29,057 nucleotides of DNA from a virus (IMGVR_UViG_3300020042_002006:1-29057), one strand, 5' to 3'; shown: positions 15,406-26,842, counted from the first letter of the stretch. Notes: generated by a model from the letters alone, not told the origin. A program made the numbers and translations.

Positions 15406-15635
15406 TCTGAAACCTCCAAAGAAACTAGAACTTCACGAGTTGAAAACTCAACATCGTTTCCCTCTTCGTCTGCTGGTTCTTCTATCTGCACTTCAATAGC
15501 GAAAACAATTTGATCTAGTTGTTCTGCTGTGAGTTCTTGATCTGATTGAAATGAAATTGTGCCTTTGTATTGAAACATTTTTGTGTTTCCGATTGCACCA
15601 TCTTTAGTCATTGGTGAGCCGTATTTTCTATCCAT
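15402..15635 (-). CDS. Acidic hypothetical early protein (first gene of the leftward operon)
   Basis: AAAGGG RBS; 77 aa. Confidence 0.7.
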   Translation of the reverse strand: MDRKYGSPMTKDGAIGNTKMFQYKGTISFQSDQELTAEQLDQIVFAIEVQIEEPADEEGNDVEFSTREVLVSLEVSE

Positions 15636-15649
15636 TTTTCTACCCTTTC

Positions 15650-15686
15650 GCAGATTGTTCGGGATCTGCTAGGGCTAACGATAGCA
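15650..15686 (-). promoter_or_regulatory. Probable early promoter (extended -10) with a 5' hairpin
   Basis: TGCTATCGT (TGn-TANNNT) at 15686-15678, then GCAGAT-n8-ATCTGC and the RBS. Confidence 0.5.
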
Positions 15687-15739
15687 GAAAAAAGAGGGCA
15701 GGCTCCCCCATTTGGTGGGCATTTATTCCACGAGCTTTG

Positions 15740-15817
15740 GTAACGATTTGATAACGAAGTCAGGGGGCGATCTTGTTACTGACCAGTAAGTTACCAGGAT
15801 TGAAGGCTCGGTAACTT
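15740..15817. promoter_or_regulatory. Cluster of GTAAC/GTTAC direct and inverted repeats
   Basis: GTAAC-n6-ATAAC (15740-15755); TTACTG-AC-CAGTAA (15776-15789); AAGTTACC-n14-GGTAACTT (15788-15817). Confidence 0.55.
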
Positions 15818-15853
15818 GGGAGATTGCTGGGTCTTTCCCGAGCTGAAAGCAAA

Positions 15854-15916
15854 GGGCAAAGGGTTGGCGGTTGGTCGGTTGGTCAGGTGATCGGGTTGGG
15901 TTGCTGGTTGGTTGGG
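15854..15916 (+). repeat. G/T-rich degenerate GGTTGG repeats
   Basis: gggttggcggttggtcggttggtc...gggttgggttgctggttggttggg. Confidence 0.7.
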
Positions 15917-17436
15917 TAGTTAATGTTAATCTCTGGCACCACTGATTGCTGTGCAAATGTACCAATACGGTAGAAGTTATCTTCGCTGTCAACAGAGTCA
16001 ATGTTAATACCGCCATTGGCTGTATCAATACGAGCCTGCATCAGCTTGAAGATCTTAAGTTCTAGTGTGTTGTATCGGATGTAGCCAGTGCGTAGGTAGC
16101 CAGTTGGTACAACGCTAGTTGTAGATTCAGCCCAGGTATTATTACCATTAGTAAATGCTGCTCTGTCCGAGTTACCAAAGAAGGCAACCTGACTTGCTGT
16201 GGTTGTAGTACCAGTTGCAATCAAGTCCCAAGCCCAAGGGAAGAACAAAGAGTTTGGGATTACAATGGTTGATAGATCAACACGGACTAGCCCTGCTTCT
16301 CCATCTACCTTTGATGTAAGGTAGGCAAAGTTATCTCTGAAAGCAATAGCATTACACGGTGCATCTTTGAATAGAAGCGGTCCATACTGCACATCTCCTG
16401 TGGCATCTGCGATGCCCACTCTAAATCCTAGGCTTGTTGCAAGAACTGCATATACACCAAGGTAGACATCAAAGTCATTGATGCGCTCACCCTCTGGCAT
16501 ATCAATAATAACTGTAGGCACACTCAGTGTTGGGAAGCCTAGTGAGTTGGGAACTGCTGCATCTAGGTTAATCTTAAAGACAGAAGATGATGTACCGTTT
16601 GGATCATAACCTGATACGTAGATTGCTTGTGGTCCCTCTGCGATAGATGACCAAACCCAGTTAGCGTTAGGGTGTGTATACAAAGCTGTAGGCAGGGCTG
16701 CAGAACCAGTAGCGTTAGCGTTGAGTTCATATAACACATTACCAATTGCTAGTAGCAGACGCTGCTTAACAAAGCGAATGGTTGCTCTAGTTACTCCTGG
16801 AGTATTGTAAATCTCAGAGTCAGCAGGTGTTGCACCAACTGAACCTTTGTGTACCTTAGTGCCGTTAATAAAATAATAGTTTGAGCCATCAGTTGTAAGG
16901 CTATAGATGGTTGAGGCTGTGCCTGCTTGGGTAATAGTTGTTGCTGCACCAGCAGATGTAATCTTCTTGAGCGCTGTGCCATCTGTGACATAGATACAGT
17001 CATTAGTTCCATCATTGACACCGATTAACTGAGCAGGTGCAGCGCCAGCATAGAAGCTGGCTGTGTCATTAAGTAGGGTTGCCTGTCCTCTAGTCCAGAC
17101 ATCTACACCCTTTGACTCTGTGTACTGGAAGCGTAGCGACTCTTCTTGGATAGGTTCAAAGAACTTGATGCCAGCGCCAAGGTGGAAGGATGATTGGCTA
17201 CGTAGCCACCAACCGGTCAGTGTCTGCTCACCAGGTTCACGTGACTGGTCAATCTGTTGCTTACGATACTGCGCTGTTACGCGACGATATGGTGAATCGT
17301 CAGAGTTCAACAGAAAGAACGGTAAGCCACCGATAGCTACATCGTATGCCTCGCCAGTTGCTGAGTAAGTAGTTGATCCTGCAGGGTTAGAAAGGGTATA
17401 TGGAATGCCCTCGGTAATATCGTCGCCGTATGGCAC
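15883..17436 (-). pseudogene. Second copy of the large tail protein, 3'-truncated at about 15,914
   Basis: Homologous to 397..2604 up to VPEININYP, then 9 unrelated residues; lacks about 128 C-terminal aa. Confidence 0.8.
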
Positions 17437-17446
17437 TTAGTTCCCC

Positions 17447-17821
17447 TTAGTTTGTTGGGCCTGTAATTTCAATCCATTGTTGGTTAGGTTCAAACCACGC
17501 ATAAGGCTTGCCATCTTCTGGCATAGCTACAGGTGCTTGCCAGTTAAGGTCAGCATCTAGTGTCCAAGATGGGTATGGCTGAGGTGCAAGGAAAGCATCC
17601 TTGTCAGCATCGTATGTGTAACCGATACCTGCATAGCGCTTACGGATGTTACCGTTGTAAGAAGTCTGAACCCACTTGGTATCGTTGCCGAATAAAGATC
17701 GGCAGAAGATAACTCCCTGTGTTTCATTCTCTACGCCTTCAAAGATTAACTCTTCGTTAGCCACAACAATTACTTGTGTGACTACATTGTTATCATCTAG
17801 TTGTGCAAAGTGTGCCATCAT
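17447..17821 (-). CDS. Conserved partner of glycine-rich fibre proteins (MAHFA...WVQTSYN...RYAGIG)
   Basis: AAGGAG RBS; adjacent to the Gly-rich genes. Confidence 0.75.
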   Translation of the reverse strand: MMAHFAQLDDNNVVTQVIVVANEELIFEGVENETQGVIFCRSLFGNDTKWVQTSYNGNIRKRYAGIGYTYDADKDAFLAPQPYPSWTLDADLNWQAPVAMPEDGKPYAWFEPNQQWIEITGPTN

Positions 17822-17827
17822 ATCTCC

Positions 17828-18718
17828 TTAAAAAGTAATTGTTCCTGATCCTGTGTATTGATAAATATAGTAGCTACCCGATGTTGTAAAAGTAGGAGAA
17901 CCAGTTGTTGCTGTTGCTGCTTGCAATGCTCGTATAATCACAATTCCAGATCCACCTGCGGCTGGTGTGTTAATTGTGTTGGCACAACCGCCTCCACCAC
18001 CACCAGTGTTTGCTGTTCCAGGATTAGGCTGTAATGGGGTTACGGCATCATTTGTACCTCTACCACCGCCACCTGTTCCTGGCGTTGAATAAGTGCCATC
18101 ATTTGCAGTAGAACCACCACCTCCACCGCCACCACGTGTAACGCTAGATCCTGTAATTGTGGATGCTATTCCGTTACCACCAGTACCACCATTGTTGCCA
18201 CTTGAAGCAGCATTACCACCAGCAGCACCAGCACCACCACCGCCACCGCCACCGTAGTTTGCACTTCCAGTTCCAGATCCTCCTGCATAACCTTGGTTAG
18301 CAGTACCTGCTCCACCAGCATAGGTAGGCACGGGTGTATCACCCATACCTCCACCACCAGAACCGCCAACAGCACCAGGGAAGTTATCATCGTAACCACC
18401 GCGACCGCCACCAGTAGAGGTGATTGTAGAGAAAACAGAGTTGGAACCTGACGAGTCTGTTCCTCCGCCAGCACCAACTGTAACTGTGTAAGAAGTTGCA
18501 AGTGTCAGCGTTAAAGATGATTCAGCAGATGCGCCGCCTCCAGATGTACCAACGGAAGTTCTATAGCCTCCTGCGCCACCACCACCACCGCGTTGTCTTC
18601 CGCCTGAACCGCCACCAGCGATTACAAGAAAGTCAACAGAGATCGTTGGGTTGTAGAAAGCATTGCCAACAAGCAAGCTACCTGAGCGAGTTTTATTCTT
18701 TACACTTTTGTTAGCCAT
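17828..18718 (-). CDS. Glycine-rich virion protein (putative receptor-binding)
   Basis: Start reassigned to ATG 18718 (TAATG); LVIAGGG...GGGGAGG.R...NTGGGGGG...GGSGIVIIR. Confidence 0.8.
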   Translation of the reverse strand: MANKSVKNKTRSGSLLVGNAFYNPTISVDFLVIAGGGSGGRQRGGGGGAGGYRTSVGTSGGGASAESSLTLTLATSYTVTVGAGGGTDSSGSNSVFSTITSTGGGRGGYDDNFPGAVGGSGGGGMGDTPVPTYAGGAGTANQGYAGGSGTGSANYGGGGGGGAGAAGGNAASSGNNGGTGGNGIASTITGSSVTRGGGGGGGSTANDGTYSTPGTGGGGRGTNDAVTPLQPNPGTANTGGGGGGCANTINTPAAGGSGIVIIRALQAATATTGSPTFTTSGSYYIYQYTGSGTITF

Positions 18719-19596
18719 TAGAAAGTTATGCTCCCGCTTCCAGTCCACTGATAAATTCTGAATCCACCTGCTGTGGTAATTGTTGGTGATCCTGTTGTTG
18801 CTGCAGCAGCTGAGTAAGCATCTGAGTAACGAATAATTACAATGCCTGAACCGCCATTACCACCTGCTATTGAATTGCCGTTCCAAGAACCTCCGCCACC
18901 ACCGCCAGTATTTGTTGTTCCTGATGTTCCACCACCACTTGCAGAACCTGCACCACCGCCGCCAGAACCACCAGTTGAAGCAGTTCCACCATTCTCAGCA
19001 CCGCCTCCACCTCCGCCTGCATAAGTGGTTGATGTTCCACTTATTGAAGAAGTTGAACCTGCACCACCATTACCACCTCTGCTGCTTGTTCCATTACCAC
19101 CAGTCGCGCTTGCACCGCCACCAGCACCGCCACCAGCAAAACCTGAACCCGATGCAATGCCGCCGTTGTTTCCTTCAGAGGGCGAATAACCTCCTTGGTT
19201 TCCTGTTCCAGCATTTGCTGCTTGACCAGAACCACCACCAGAACCACCTGGACCACCTTCGATTTCACCTGAAGCGGCTCCGCCTTTACCGCCGCGACCA
19301 CCACCAGTTGATGTTATCGAACCAAAAACTGAATTAGAGCCTTTAAGTCCAGGCATATCAGTTACACCAGCACCGCCAGCGCCAACAGTTACTGTGATCG
19401 CCGATCCAGCACTGACTGATAAACCTGTTGCAGTGCGATAACCACCGCCACCGCCACCGCCACCACGGTTGTTACCACCTCCACCGCCACCTGCTACTAC
19501 AAGGTATTCGACCGTTGGTGGTACTGGATTGTAATAAGCATTACCAACCAAGAGGCTTCTACTGTACGTCTTATTCTTTACGCTAAAAACAGCCAT
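18718..19596 (-). CDS. Glycine-rich virion protein (paralogue of 17828..18718)
   Basis: VEYLVVAGGGGGG...GGSGIVIIRY...WTGSGSITF; AAGGAG RBS. Confidence 0.8.
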   Translation of the reverse strand: MAVFSVKNKTYSRSLLVGNAYYNPVPPTVEYLVVAGGGGGGNNRGGGGGGGGYRTATGLSVSAGSAITVTVGAGGAGVTDMPGLKGSNSVFGSITSTGGGRGGKGGAASGEIEGGPGGSGGGSGQAANAGTGNQGGYSPSEGNNGGIASGSGFAGGGAGGGASATGGNGTSSRGGNGGAGSTSSISGTSTTYAGGGGGGAENGGTASTGGSGGGGAGSASGGGTSGTTNTGGGGGGSWNGNSIAGGNGGSGIVIIRYSDAYSAAAATTGSPTITTAGGFRIYQWTGSGSITF

Positions 19597-19621
19597 TAGT
19601 TACTCCTTGATTGATGGTTAA

Positions 19622-19846
19622 TTACTTTGTAAGTGCTGCGATTTCCTCGGCTGTTAGGCCAAGGGCTGCGAGCTTTGCTTGTGCATTAGCTTTTGCTTCA
19701 GCAACTGCTGTTGCTTCTGCCTCTGCTTCGTGCTGTGCTGCTGCAGCCGCTGTTGCTGCTGCTTCATTAGCTGCGATTTCATCGGCTGTCAAAGGACGTT
19801 CGATGACCTCGCCTGTTTCGCAGTTGATTTCGATTGCTGTTGTCAT
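19622..19846 (-). CDS. Small acidic/Ala-rich tail-associated protein
   Basis: Homologue of 141..371. Confidence 0.75.
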   Translation of the reverse strand: MTTAIEINCETGEVIERPLTADEIAANEAAATAAAAAQHEAEAEATAVAEAKANAQAKLAALGLTAEEIAALTK

Positions 19847-19855
19847 TGTTGCTCC

Positions 19856-20368
19856 TTATGATTTCTTGATGCCGTATAGATAGAAAGATGAACCTGAGAC
19901 GAAATTGAAACCATAACCACCGAAAGACAGGCTGCTGATTGCAGTCGTTGAAGATAAAAGGTTAGCAATCGCTAAAACATAAGCGGTCGTAGAGTTATCC
20001 TCAGTCACTTGGAAATAAGATGCTGGCTTGTTGGCAGCGGCTAAGTAGTTAGGTATGTATAGCTCGCCGCTTGAAAATGTATTGGATGTGCTAGTGGCAG
20101 CGTTGATTGTGTTTTGTTCCCAACTTGCCACACCTGATTGGGTTGCAGAGCTAGCAGCTGAACCATTACCACGTAAACGGATACCTGAATAAACAGATCC
20201 GCTCACATTTGTAGTAATTTGAATTGTGCTATCTGTAACCGCCCTATCTAATCTTGCACTAAAACGCACTACCAAATCCGTGAAAGTAGCAGGAATAGCC
20301 GAGAATGTAACGGATGCAGCAGTAGTGCTAAGGACATTAGATGAGATGAGTGTGTAGGTACTAGGCAA
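19856..20368 (-). CDS. 'YGIK'-family virion protein
   Basis: TTG 20368 gives MPSTYTLIS, matching the paralogue MPTTYEPIA; contains [13 protein letters not shown]. Confidence 0.75.
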   Translation of the reverse strand: MPSTYTLISSNVLSTTAASVTFSAIPATFTDLVVRFSARLDRAVTDSTIQITTNVSGSVYSGIRLRGNGSAASSATQSGVASWEQNTINAATSTSNTFSSGELYIPNYLAAANKPASYFQVTEDNSTTAYVLAIANLLSSTTAISSLSFGGYGFNFVSGSSFYLYGIKKS

Positions 20369-20933
20369 CTGACTCACCCACTAACTTGTCTGGTGCATAC
20401 TGCTTGAGAATCTCTATAGCGTGTGCCACTTTGTCCTCTACTCTCTGTCCAGCAGGTTGCCCCTTGGACCATAGTTCTAGGTTTTCAATACGGTTATCTG
20501 AACGGTTACCGTTCTTATGGTGCACGTTTTCATATGGTTGTAGATCTCTACCTAAGTGTTCAGCCATAATTAAACGATGCTCCAATATGTGACCGCTTGT
20601 ATTTGAATTGGGATGCTCTGGGTTATATATTTCTACATAACCATTTTGGTTTACTCTTGCTTTACTGCTGCGTAGTTTTCCATCTGCTTTATTAGGATCG
20701 CCATACAAGGAGTTCCTACGGTAGTGCATCTGGCACATACCCTGAGCTTGATGTGGTTTATCGCAACCTTCTATGGTGCAATGAGTGTGCTTAAGATTAT
20801 TGCCGTGTGGTGCATTGCCTAGTGGATCACCCCACTTCTTCCACCTTACGTGGTGGGTAGGGCAATACATCTTGTATCTTTTGACTCTGTGACAACCTTC
20901 AACCTGACAAGGATAGTTATTAGAATATGGCAT
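20361..20933 (-). CDS. Free-standing HNH homing endonuclease
   Basis: Two C.(V/I)EGC...C..H Zn fingers; [14 protein letters not shown]...[21 protein letters not shown]. Confidence 0.9.
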   Translation of the reverse strand: MPYSNNYPCQVEGCHRVKRYKMYCPTHHVRWKKWGDPLGNAPHGNNLKHTHCTIEGCDKPHQAQGMCQMHYRRNSLYGDPNKADGKLRSSKARVNQNGYVEIYNPEHPNSNTSGHILEHRLIMAEHLGRDLQPYENVHHKNGNRSDNRIENLELWSKGQPAGQRVEDKVAHAIEILKQYAPDKLVGESVA

Positions 20934-20946
20934 AGTTAATCATACC

Positions 20947-21465
20947 TTATGCTTTGAGAATCCCATACAGAGTCGCGGTTGTGCCAGCAGCAAGTTGATT
21001 TGTGCTATTAGTTATAGTTAAAGATGTTATCGCAGATGTTGAGCGCCACAATCCAACTGATCTAAAGACCCAACCAGTTGAGTTGTTATCTATGTTTTGG
21101 TTGCTTAAAGCAGTTTTGAATGTAGAACCAGCATAAGAAAAAATATCAATCGCAGTTAATCCAAATACTCCAGAACCTGCACCGCCACCTGCAACAGTCA
21201 CAATTCCTAAATATGCCTGAGCGGTGAAACTACTTGATGAAACCGAAGATCCAGTTCCAAAGATTCTTGTCCAAGAATAATCAGATGCACTAGATCCATT
21301 AAAGGTTAAATTTATATTAGTTCCAGGGTCATTGCTTCCACTGTTTTCTCTTCCAACTATTACTAATCTAAGATCGGTATATGTTGCAGGAATACTAGAA
21401 AGCGTAATAGATGATGCTGCACTACCTAAAGTAGTGGTAGCGATTGGCTCGTATGTTGTTGGCAT
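20947..21465 (-). CDS. 'YGIK'-family virion protein
   Basis: SSIPATYTDLRL...GLWRSTSAITS...TLYGILKA. Confidence 0.75.
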   Translation of the reverse strand: MPTTYEPIATTTLGSAASSITLSSIPATYTDLRLVIVGRENSGSNDPGTNINLTFNGSSASDYSWTRIFGTGSSVSSSSFTAQAYLGIVTVAGGGAGSGVFGLTAIDIFSYAGSTFKTALSNQNIDNNSTGWVFRSVGLWRSTSAITSLTITNSTNQLAAGTTATLYGILKA

Positions 21466-22050
21466 TTACGCTCCCTTGATTCCGTATAGTGAGAAAACTG
21501 ATCCAGTAGCCCAGTTTGCGCCACCATTTTGAGTAACTGTAATAGAAGTTATCGCACTTGTTTGCATCCACAAACCAGAATGAAGCTGAATGATACCGCC
21601 GCCATTGCGATCAGTTCCTAGCATCATTCTTGTAGTTTTGTTCTTTGTTGTCGATGCGTAGTCGTGAACATCGAAAATTGCTGCTCCAAACACATCAGCA
21701 TAAAACCCGCCAGCCATTCCAGTTACCGACTCGATAAGTGTTTGACTTGCTGAACCTGATGCGCTTGCAGATGCCCCATCGCCTTGTAAACGATGGTAAG
21801 CATAATTGCTTGCAGTATCACCGTTAAATCTAAACTGTAAAGAAACTAGACCGTTAGAGTCGGTTGTTTTACCTAAGATTCTCAACTGTAATGATGAGTA
21901 AGTAGCAGGGATGCTGGAAAATGTTACAGTTCCTGATGACCCTGTACCTGTAGCAGTAGCAATGGACTCAAATGCAGTCGGTTGAAAGAAGGCATTGCCT
22001 GCAAGTAGGCTGTCACCAATAGCGCCAGTCTTGACGCTACTGATAGTCAT
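21466..22050 (-). CDS. 'YGIK'-family virion protein with an N-terminal anchor motif
   Basis: VTFSSIPATYSSLQLR...GLWMQTSAITS...SLYGIKGA. Confidence 0.75.
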   Translation of the reverse strand: MTISSVKTGAIGDSLLAGNAFFQPTAFESIATATGTGSSGTVTFSSIPATYSSLQLRILGKTTDSNGLVSLQFRFNGDTASNYAYHRLQGDGASASASGSASQTLIESVTGMAGGFYADVFGAAIFDVHDYASTTKNKTTRMMLGTDRNGGGIIQLHSGLWMQTSAITSITVTQNGGANWATGSVFSLYGIKGA

Positions 22051-22379
22051 TAAGAAACCTCGCTGCCGTATGCCTGAAATACTAGGTTAGCAGTTGAAGC
22101 ATATACTGACAGCACATCTGTTGTATTCATAGTTACACCAACTGTGATGATCGTTGTATCTGATGCACCGACTGTGATGTCATAGCCTAGGTAGTGAGCG
22201 TTAGTAATTGCCGCTCCTGCTGGGCGTACAGCGATACGAAATGTAGCAGCTGTTGCTGTTAGGTTTGCAATCGAGATAGATGAGATTACTGCTTGTGTTG
22301 ATGCTGGTACTGTGTATAGCGTTGTGAGGGTTGTAGCACTTGGGTTTGACTGACCAAGCACTTTGTAAGTTGTTGGCAT
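22050..22379 (-). CDS. Virion protein (beta-sandwich-like)
   Basis: AAGGAG RBS; MPTTYKVLGQS.P.ATT.TTLYTVP. Confidence 0.75.
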   Translation of the reverse strand: MPTTYKVLGQSNPSATTLTTLYTVPASTQAVISSISIANLTATAATFRIAVRPAGAAITNAHYLGYDITVGASDTTIITVGVTMNTTDVLSVYASTANLVFQAYGSEVS

Positions 22380-22408
22380 TTATTTCTCCTTATTAGTTGT
22401 TTGGTTAG

Positions 22409-22948
22409 TTATCCGCCCATAAGCATCAGTGAGTCAGAGACTGAAGCGCCTCCGCCTGTACTATCTGCCCATTTGACGCCTAGTGTTTGTGTTGAATCTG
22501 CTGTCAGTACTTGTCCGTTAGTTCCAACTGCGAGGTTATCTACTACACCACTTGCACTGGCAACGAGTAAGTCTGCCTTGGCAGTTACTACTGATTCAGG
22601 TATTGCTGCATCTGCTGTTGCAACTCCTGTTGTATAAAAGGTTAAGTCAGAAGATGTCAGTACGTGCTTGACTGTTGCACCTGCAGTATGTGAGATAGCA
22701 GAGGTTCCTGCTTGTCCTCTAACAATTGTTAGTGTGTCAGTAGCAACTCCAGTAACAAAGACAATCTCTTCGTTCTGTGTGTCAACATCAAGGGCAACTG
22801 TAAACTGGTCTACGTTACCAGCAGCGAGAGTTACACCTCCCATAAGGGCAGAACCTGTACCAGATGCAACTGTGATAGTCGTTGCACTGTTAGAGATTGT
22901 CGATAGGAGCGTTGTCTCAACGCTGATCGACGAATACTTACGAGTCAT
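22409..22948 (-). CDS. Tail-fibre attachment-like virion protein
   Basis: EEIV.VT...LTIVRG..GT.A..H.AGA.V.H; KADLLVAS...L.VGTNGQVLTADS repeat. Confidence 0.7.
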   Translation of the reverse strand: MTRKYSSISVETTLLSTISNSATTITVASGTGSALMGGVTLAAGNVDQFTVALDVDTQNEEIVFVTGVATDTLTIVRGQAGTSAISHTAGATVKHVLTSSDLTFYTTGVATADAAIPESVVTAKADLLVASASGVVDNLAVGTNGQVLTADSTQTLGVKWADSTGGGASVSDSLMLMGG

Positions 22949-22961
22949 TGGCTTTCCTTAC

Positions 22962-23864
22962 CTAGCGGGTGTAGTGAATACGGATTGGATACTTGTCTGC
23001 CAACTTCAACGCTTCTTCATTAAGTCGCTGTTGATAGAGGGCAAATATATAACGAGATGCAGCAGCACCGGCAGATGATGGCAACTTGGAATCGTTTAGA
23101 TCTGCTTCAGCTGAAGAGAGATTGATTCGTCCAGCGTCAAGATAAGACAGTAGTTTGTATGATGCGCCGAGTACGACAACATCCTTACAAGAATCTGGTA
23201 GACCAGACACGTCAGCAAAATCATCTGTGTTGGAGTCAAGAGTGTTCGGCGTGGCGGTATACCATACTTGAATTGTACGACCAGGTTGTACGTTCTCATA
23301 GATGTTAATTGTATTGTTTGTATTAAAGGTAGCAGCGTTTGCCATACCATCTAAGCGCCAGCGATTTACTGGTAGCCATTCCTGGCTAGAACCTGTGGTC
23401 TGCCAAGAGATAAATAGGACACCTTCAACTTCATCAGGTAGTGGGTATGTAACCTGAGATGCGTTAAATGTAAATGTGTAAGAGTTAATAATCCAGAGCT
23501 TAGGATAGAAACTGTTGATCGTGTCGTTAATTGCCTTCTTAATGTTGTTGCGTGGGAAGGTTGGAGATAGAGTTACTGGCGCATACTGTGCGTGAGGCGC
23601 TGCTCCTGTGCCTTGATATCCACGGCCAAATCCTGGAATAACATTGAGCACATTGTTAGCCTTATCAAAGGAATCAATCCAGATAAGTTCCTCATCAATT
23701 TCGATAATACCTTTAGCAAGGTTTCCTCCAGAGCCAACAGTAATTGCTGTGCTGGTAGTTGTTAAACCACCAGGGTTGGCAACATAGGTGATGCGGTCCT
23801 GACGAAGTGCATAACCTTGTAGGTTAGCCTTTACCTCGTCTACCAGTTCGTCAAGTGTTGGCAT
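22962..23864 (-). CDS. Head-tail adaptor/tail tubular-like protein
   Basis: 300 aa; structural-module position; AINDTI...Y.LP. Confidence 0.55.
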   Translation of the reverse strand: MPTLDELVDEVKANLQGYALRQDRITYVANPGGLTTTSTAITVGSGGNLAKGIIEIDEELIWIDSFDKANNVLNVIPGFGRGYQGTGAAPHAQYAPVTLSPTFPRNNIKKAINDTINSFYPKLWIINSYTFTFNASQVTYPLPDEVEGVLFISWQTTGSSQEWLPVNRWRLDGMANAATFNTNNTINIYENVQPGRTIQVWYTATPNTLDSNTDDFADVSGLPDSCKDVVVLGASYKLLSYLDAGRINLSSAEADLNDSKLPSSAGAAASRYIFALYQQRLNEEALKLADKYPIRIHYTR

Positions 23865-24926
23865 TTATTTCCTTTCATACCAGCCATCTCCCCATAGAGT
23901 TAGCAGTCTTGCAAAGTACTGTTCGTACTGTGGTGCTATAGCATCCAATGAATACAAGGACACTGCTCGCTTATGTATTGCTACTGGGTCTAAACTCTTT
24001 ACCCACTCTGTAGCTACTGCAAACTCCATTGCATTTCTGCAACGGTATCCAGTAACACCTTGTGGATTAGTTTCTGTAAACGCTCCCCAGTCTGTGGTAA
24101 TCGTTGGAGTTCCACAGGCTTGTGCTTCGATAACAACGTTACCAAAAGGTTCTATGTATAGCGTTGGAGCAAATAGGGCAATTGCACCACCCATTAACTT
24201 TGCTCGCTCTTCAGGACCTACTGGTCCTACCCATTCGCCGTATTCAACTTTAGGATCTTTACCAGGACCAGCCAAGATAAGTTTCAAACCCATCTCTTTG
24301 CATACGTGCTGGGCAATCCCAATACCTTTACGATCTACCATACGTCCTACGTAGAGGTAGTAATCTTCTTTCTTCTCTTGCAGCGGAAACATATCTGGTT
24401 CTAAGTAACCAGGAATAACCGCATCATAGAAGTTGCCATCTACCATCGTTGGGTTCTTAAACATTGCATAGATGCTGTGCATCCAAGCGTATGATTCAAA
24501 GACCTTGTACTTGCTAAAGACTCCACCGTAGCCCACACCAAACTCTACGCTGATGTGATTAGGGTAAGCCTTAGCAATCGGTTCTTGTGATGCTCCACCG
24601 ATAAGACAGATAAAGTCTTTCTGCTCTAGGCGCTTGCCTAACTCTTCAATAGCCTTGCCATTAAAGATCTGCCAGTGTGGTAGTGCATTGTTAAACTCAG
24701 CCTCTGTAAAGTGTTTACCAGCGAGTGCTTCTTGCTGTTGCTCTTTAGTAATACAGGTAATCAACTCATCTACTGGTGCTTCGTTATCTTCACTAGCATA
24801 GAGATAGACCGTATGGCCTAACCCTTTCATCATCATACAAAAGCGTCTAACCTTTTCGGTATAAGCGCAGTTGACGTACTCTTTAGTTGTCTGTGTATGG
24901 GGCAGGCTGATAACGTGGAATCTCAT
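23865..24926 (-). CDS. GT4-family glycosyltransferase
   Basis: YVGRMVDRKG...EPFGNVVIEAQACGTP.ITTDWG (EX7E). Confidence 0.9.
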   Translation of the reverse strand: MRFHVISLPHTQTTKEYVNCAYTEKVRRFCMMMKGLGHTVYLYASEDNEAPVDELITCITKEQQQEALAGKHFTEAEFNNALPHWQIFNGKAIEELGKRLEQKDFICLIGGASQEPIAKAYPNHISVEFGVGYGGVFSKYKVFESYAWMHSIYAMFKNPTMVDGNFYDAVIPGYLEPDMFPLQEKKEDYYLYVGRMVDRKGIGIAQHVCKEMGLKLILAGPGKDPKVEYGEWVGPVGPEERAKLMGGAIALFAPTLYIEPFGNVVIEAQACGTPTITTDWGAFTETNPQGVTGYRCRNAMEFAVATEWVKSLDPVAIHKRAVSLYSLDAIAPQYEQYFARLLTLWGDGWYERK

Positions 24927-24935
24927 ACGAGAAGT

Positions 24936-26547
<1,612 letters not shown>

Positions 26548-26551
<4 letters not shown>

Positions 26552-26832
26552 GATGACACCGCTCTGAGAGCTTGCGCTGCAGGTAGTTGAAAAGTACCAG
26601 CGATGAGGTTACATACACCATTGTAATCGAGACGATTAGTAGTAGACGTACCCGCAATCGCATTTAGAACTCCCACTGTGTCTGTTAAGTTTGTTGATAC
26701 TGAGCGTTGTGCTGCCCATTGACGAGCAGCAAGTGCTTCGCCCACCATTGCGCCTGGTGCTCTATAGGTGCCACCATTAGCCAAACGGTTAAGTTCATCT
26801 AATAACGTTGTGCCGTATGTTCCTAGTGCCAC
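26548..26832 (-). CDS. Hypothetical virion protein
   Basis: AGGAG RBS; GTG start. Confidence 0.7.
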
Positions 26833-26842
26833 CGTATATCTC

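Noticed and set aside
15917-15939. TTAA-CA-TTAA as an invertase crossover site
   Set aside because: Explained by Ile-Asn-Ile-Asn codons; the arms do not extend; longer identities exist elsewhere between the copies; no recombinase seen
15723-16028. 101-aa ORF crossing the junction
   Set aside because: Off-frame read-through of the tail gene into non-coding repeats, with no RBS
397-17436. Diversity-generating retroelement template/variable pair
   Set aside because: No reverse transcriptase; differences between the copies are mainly synonymous and not adenine-specific
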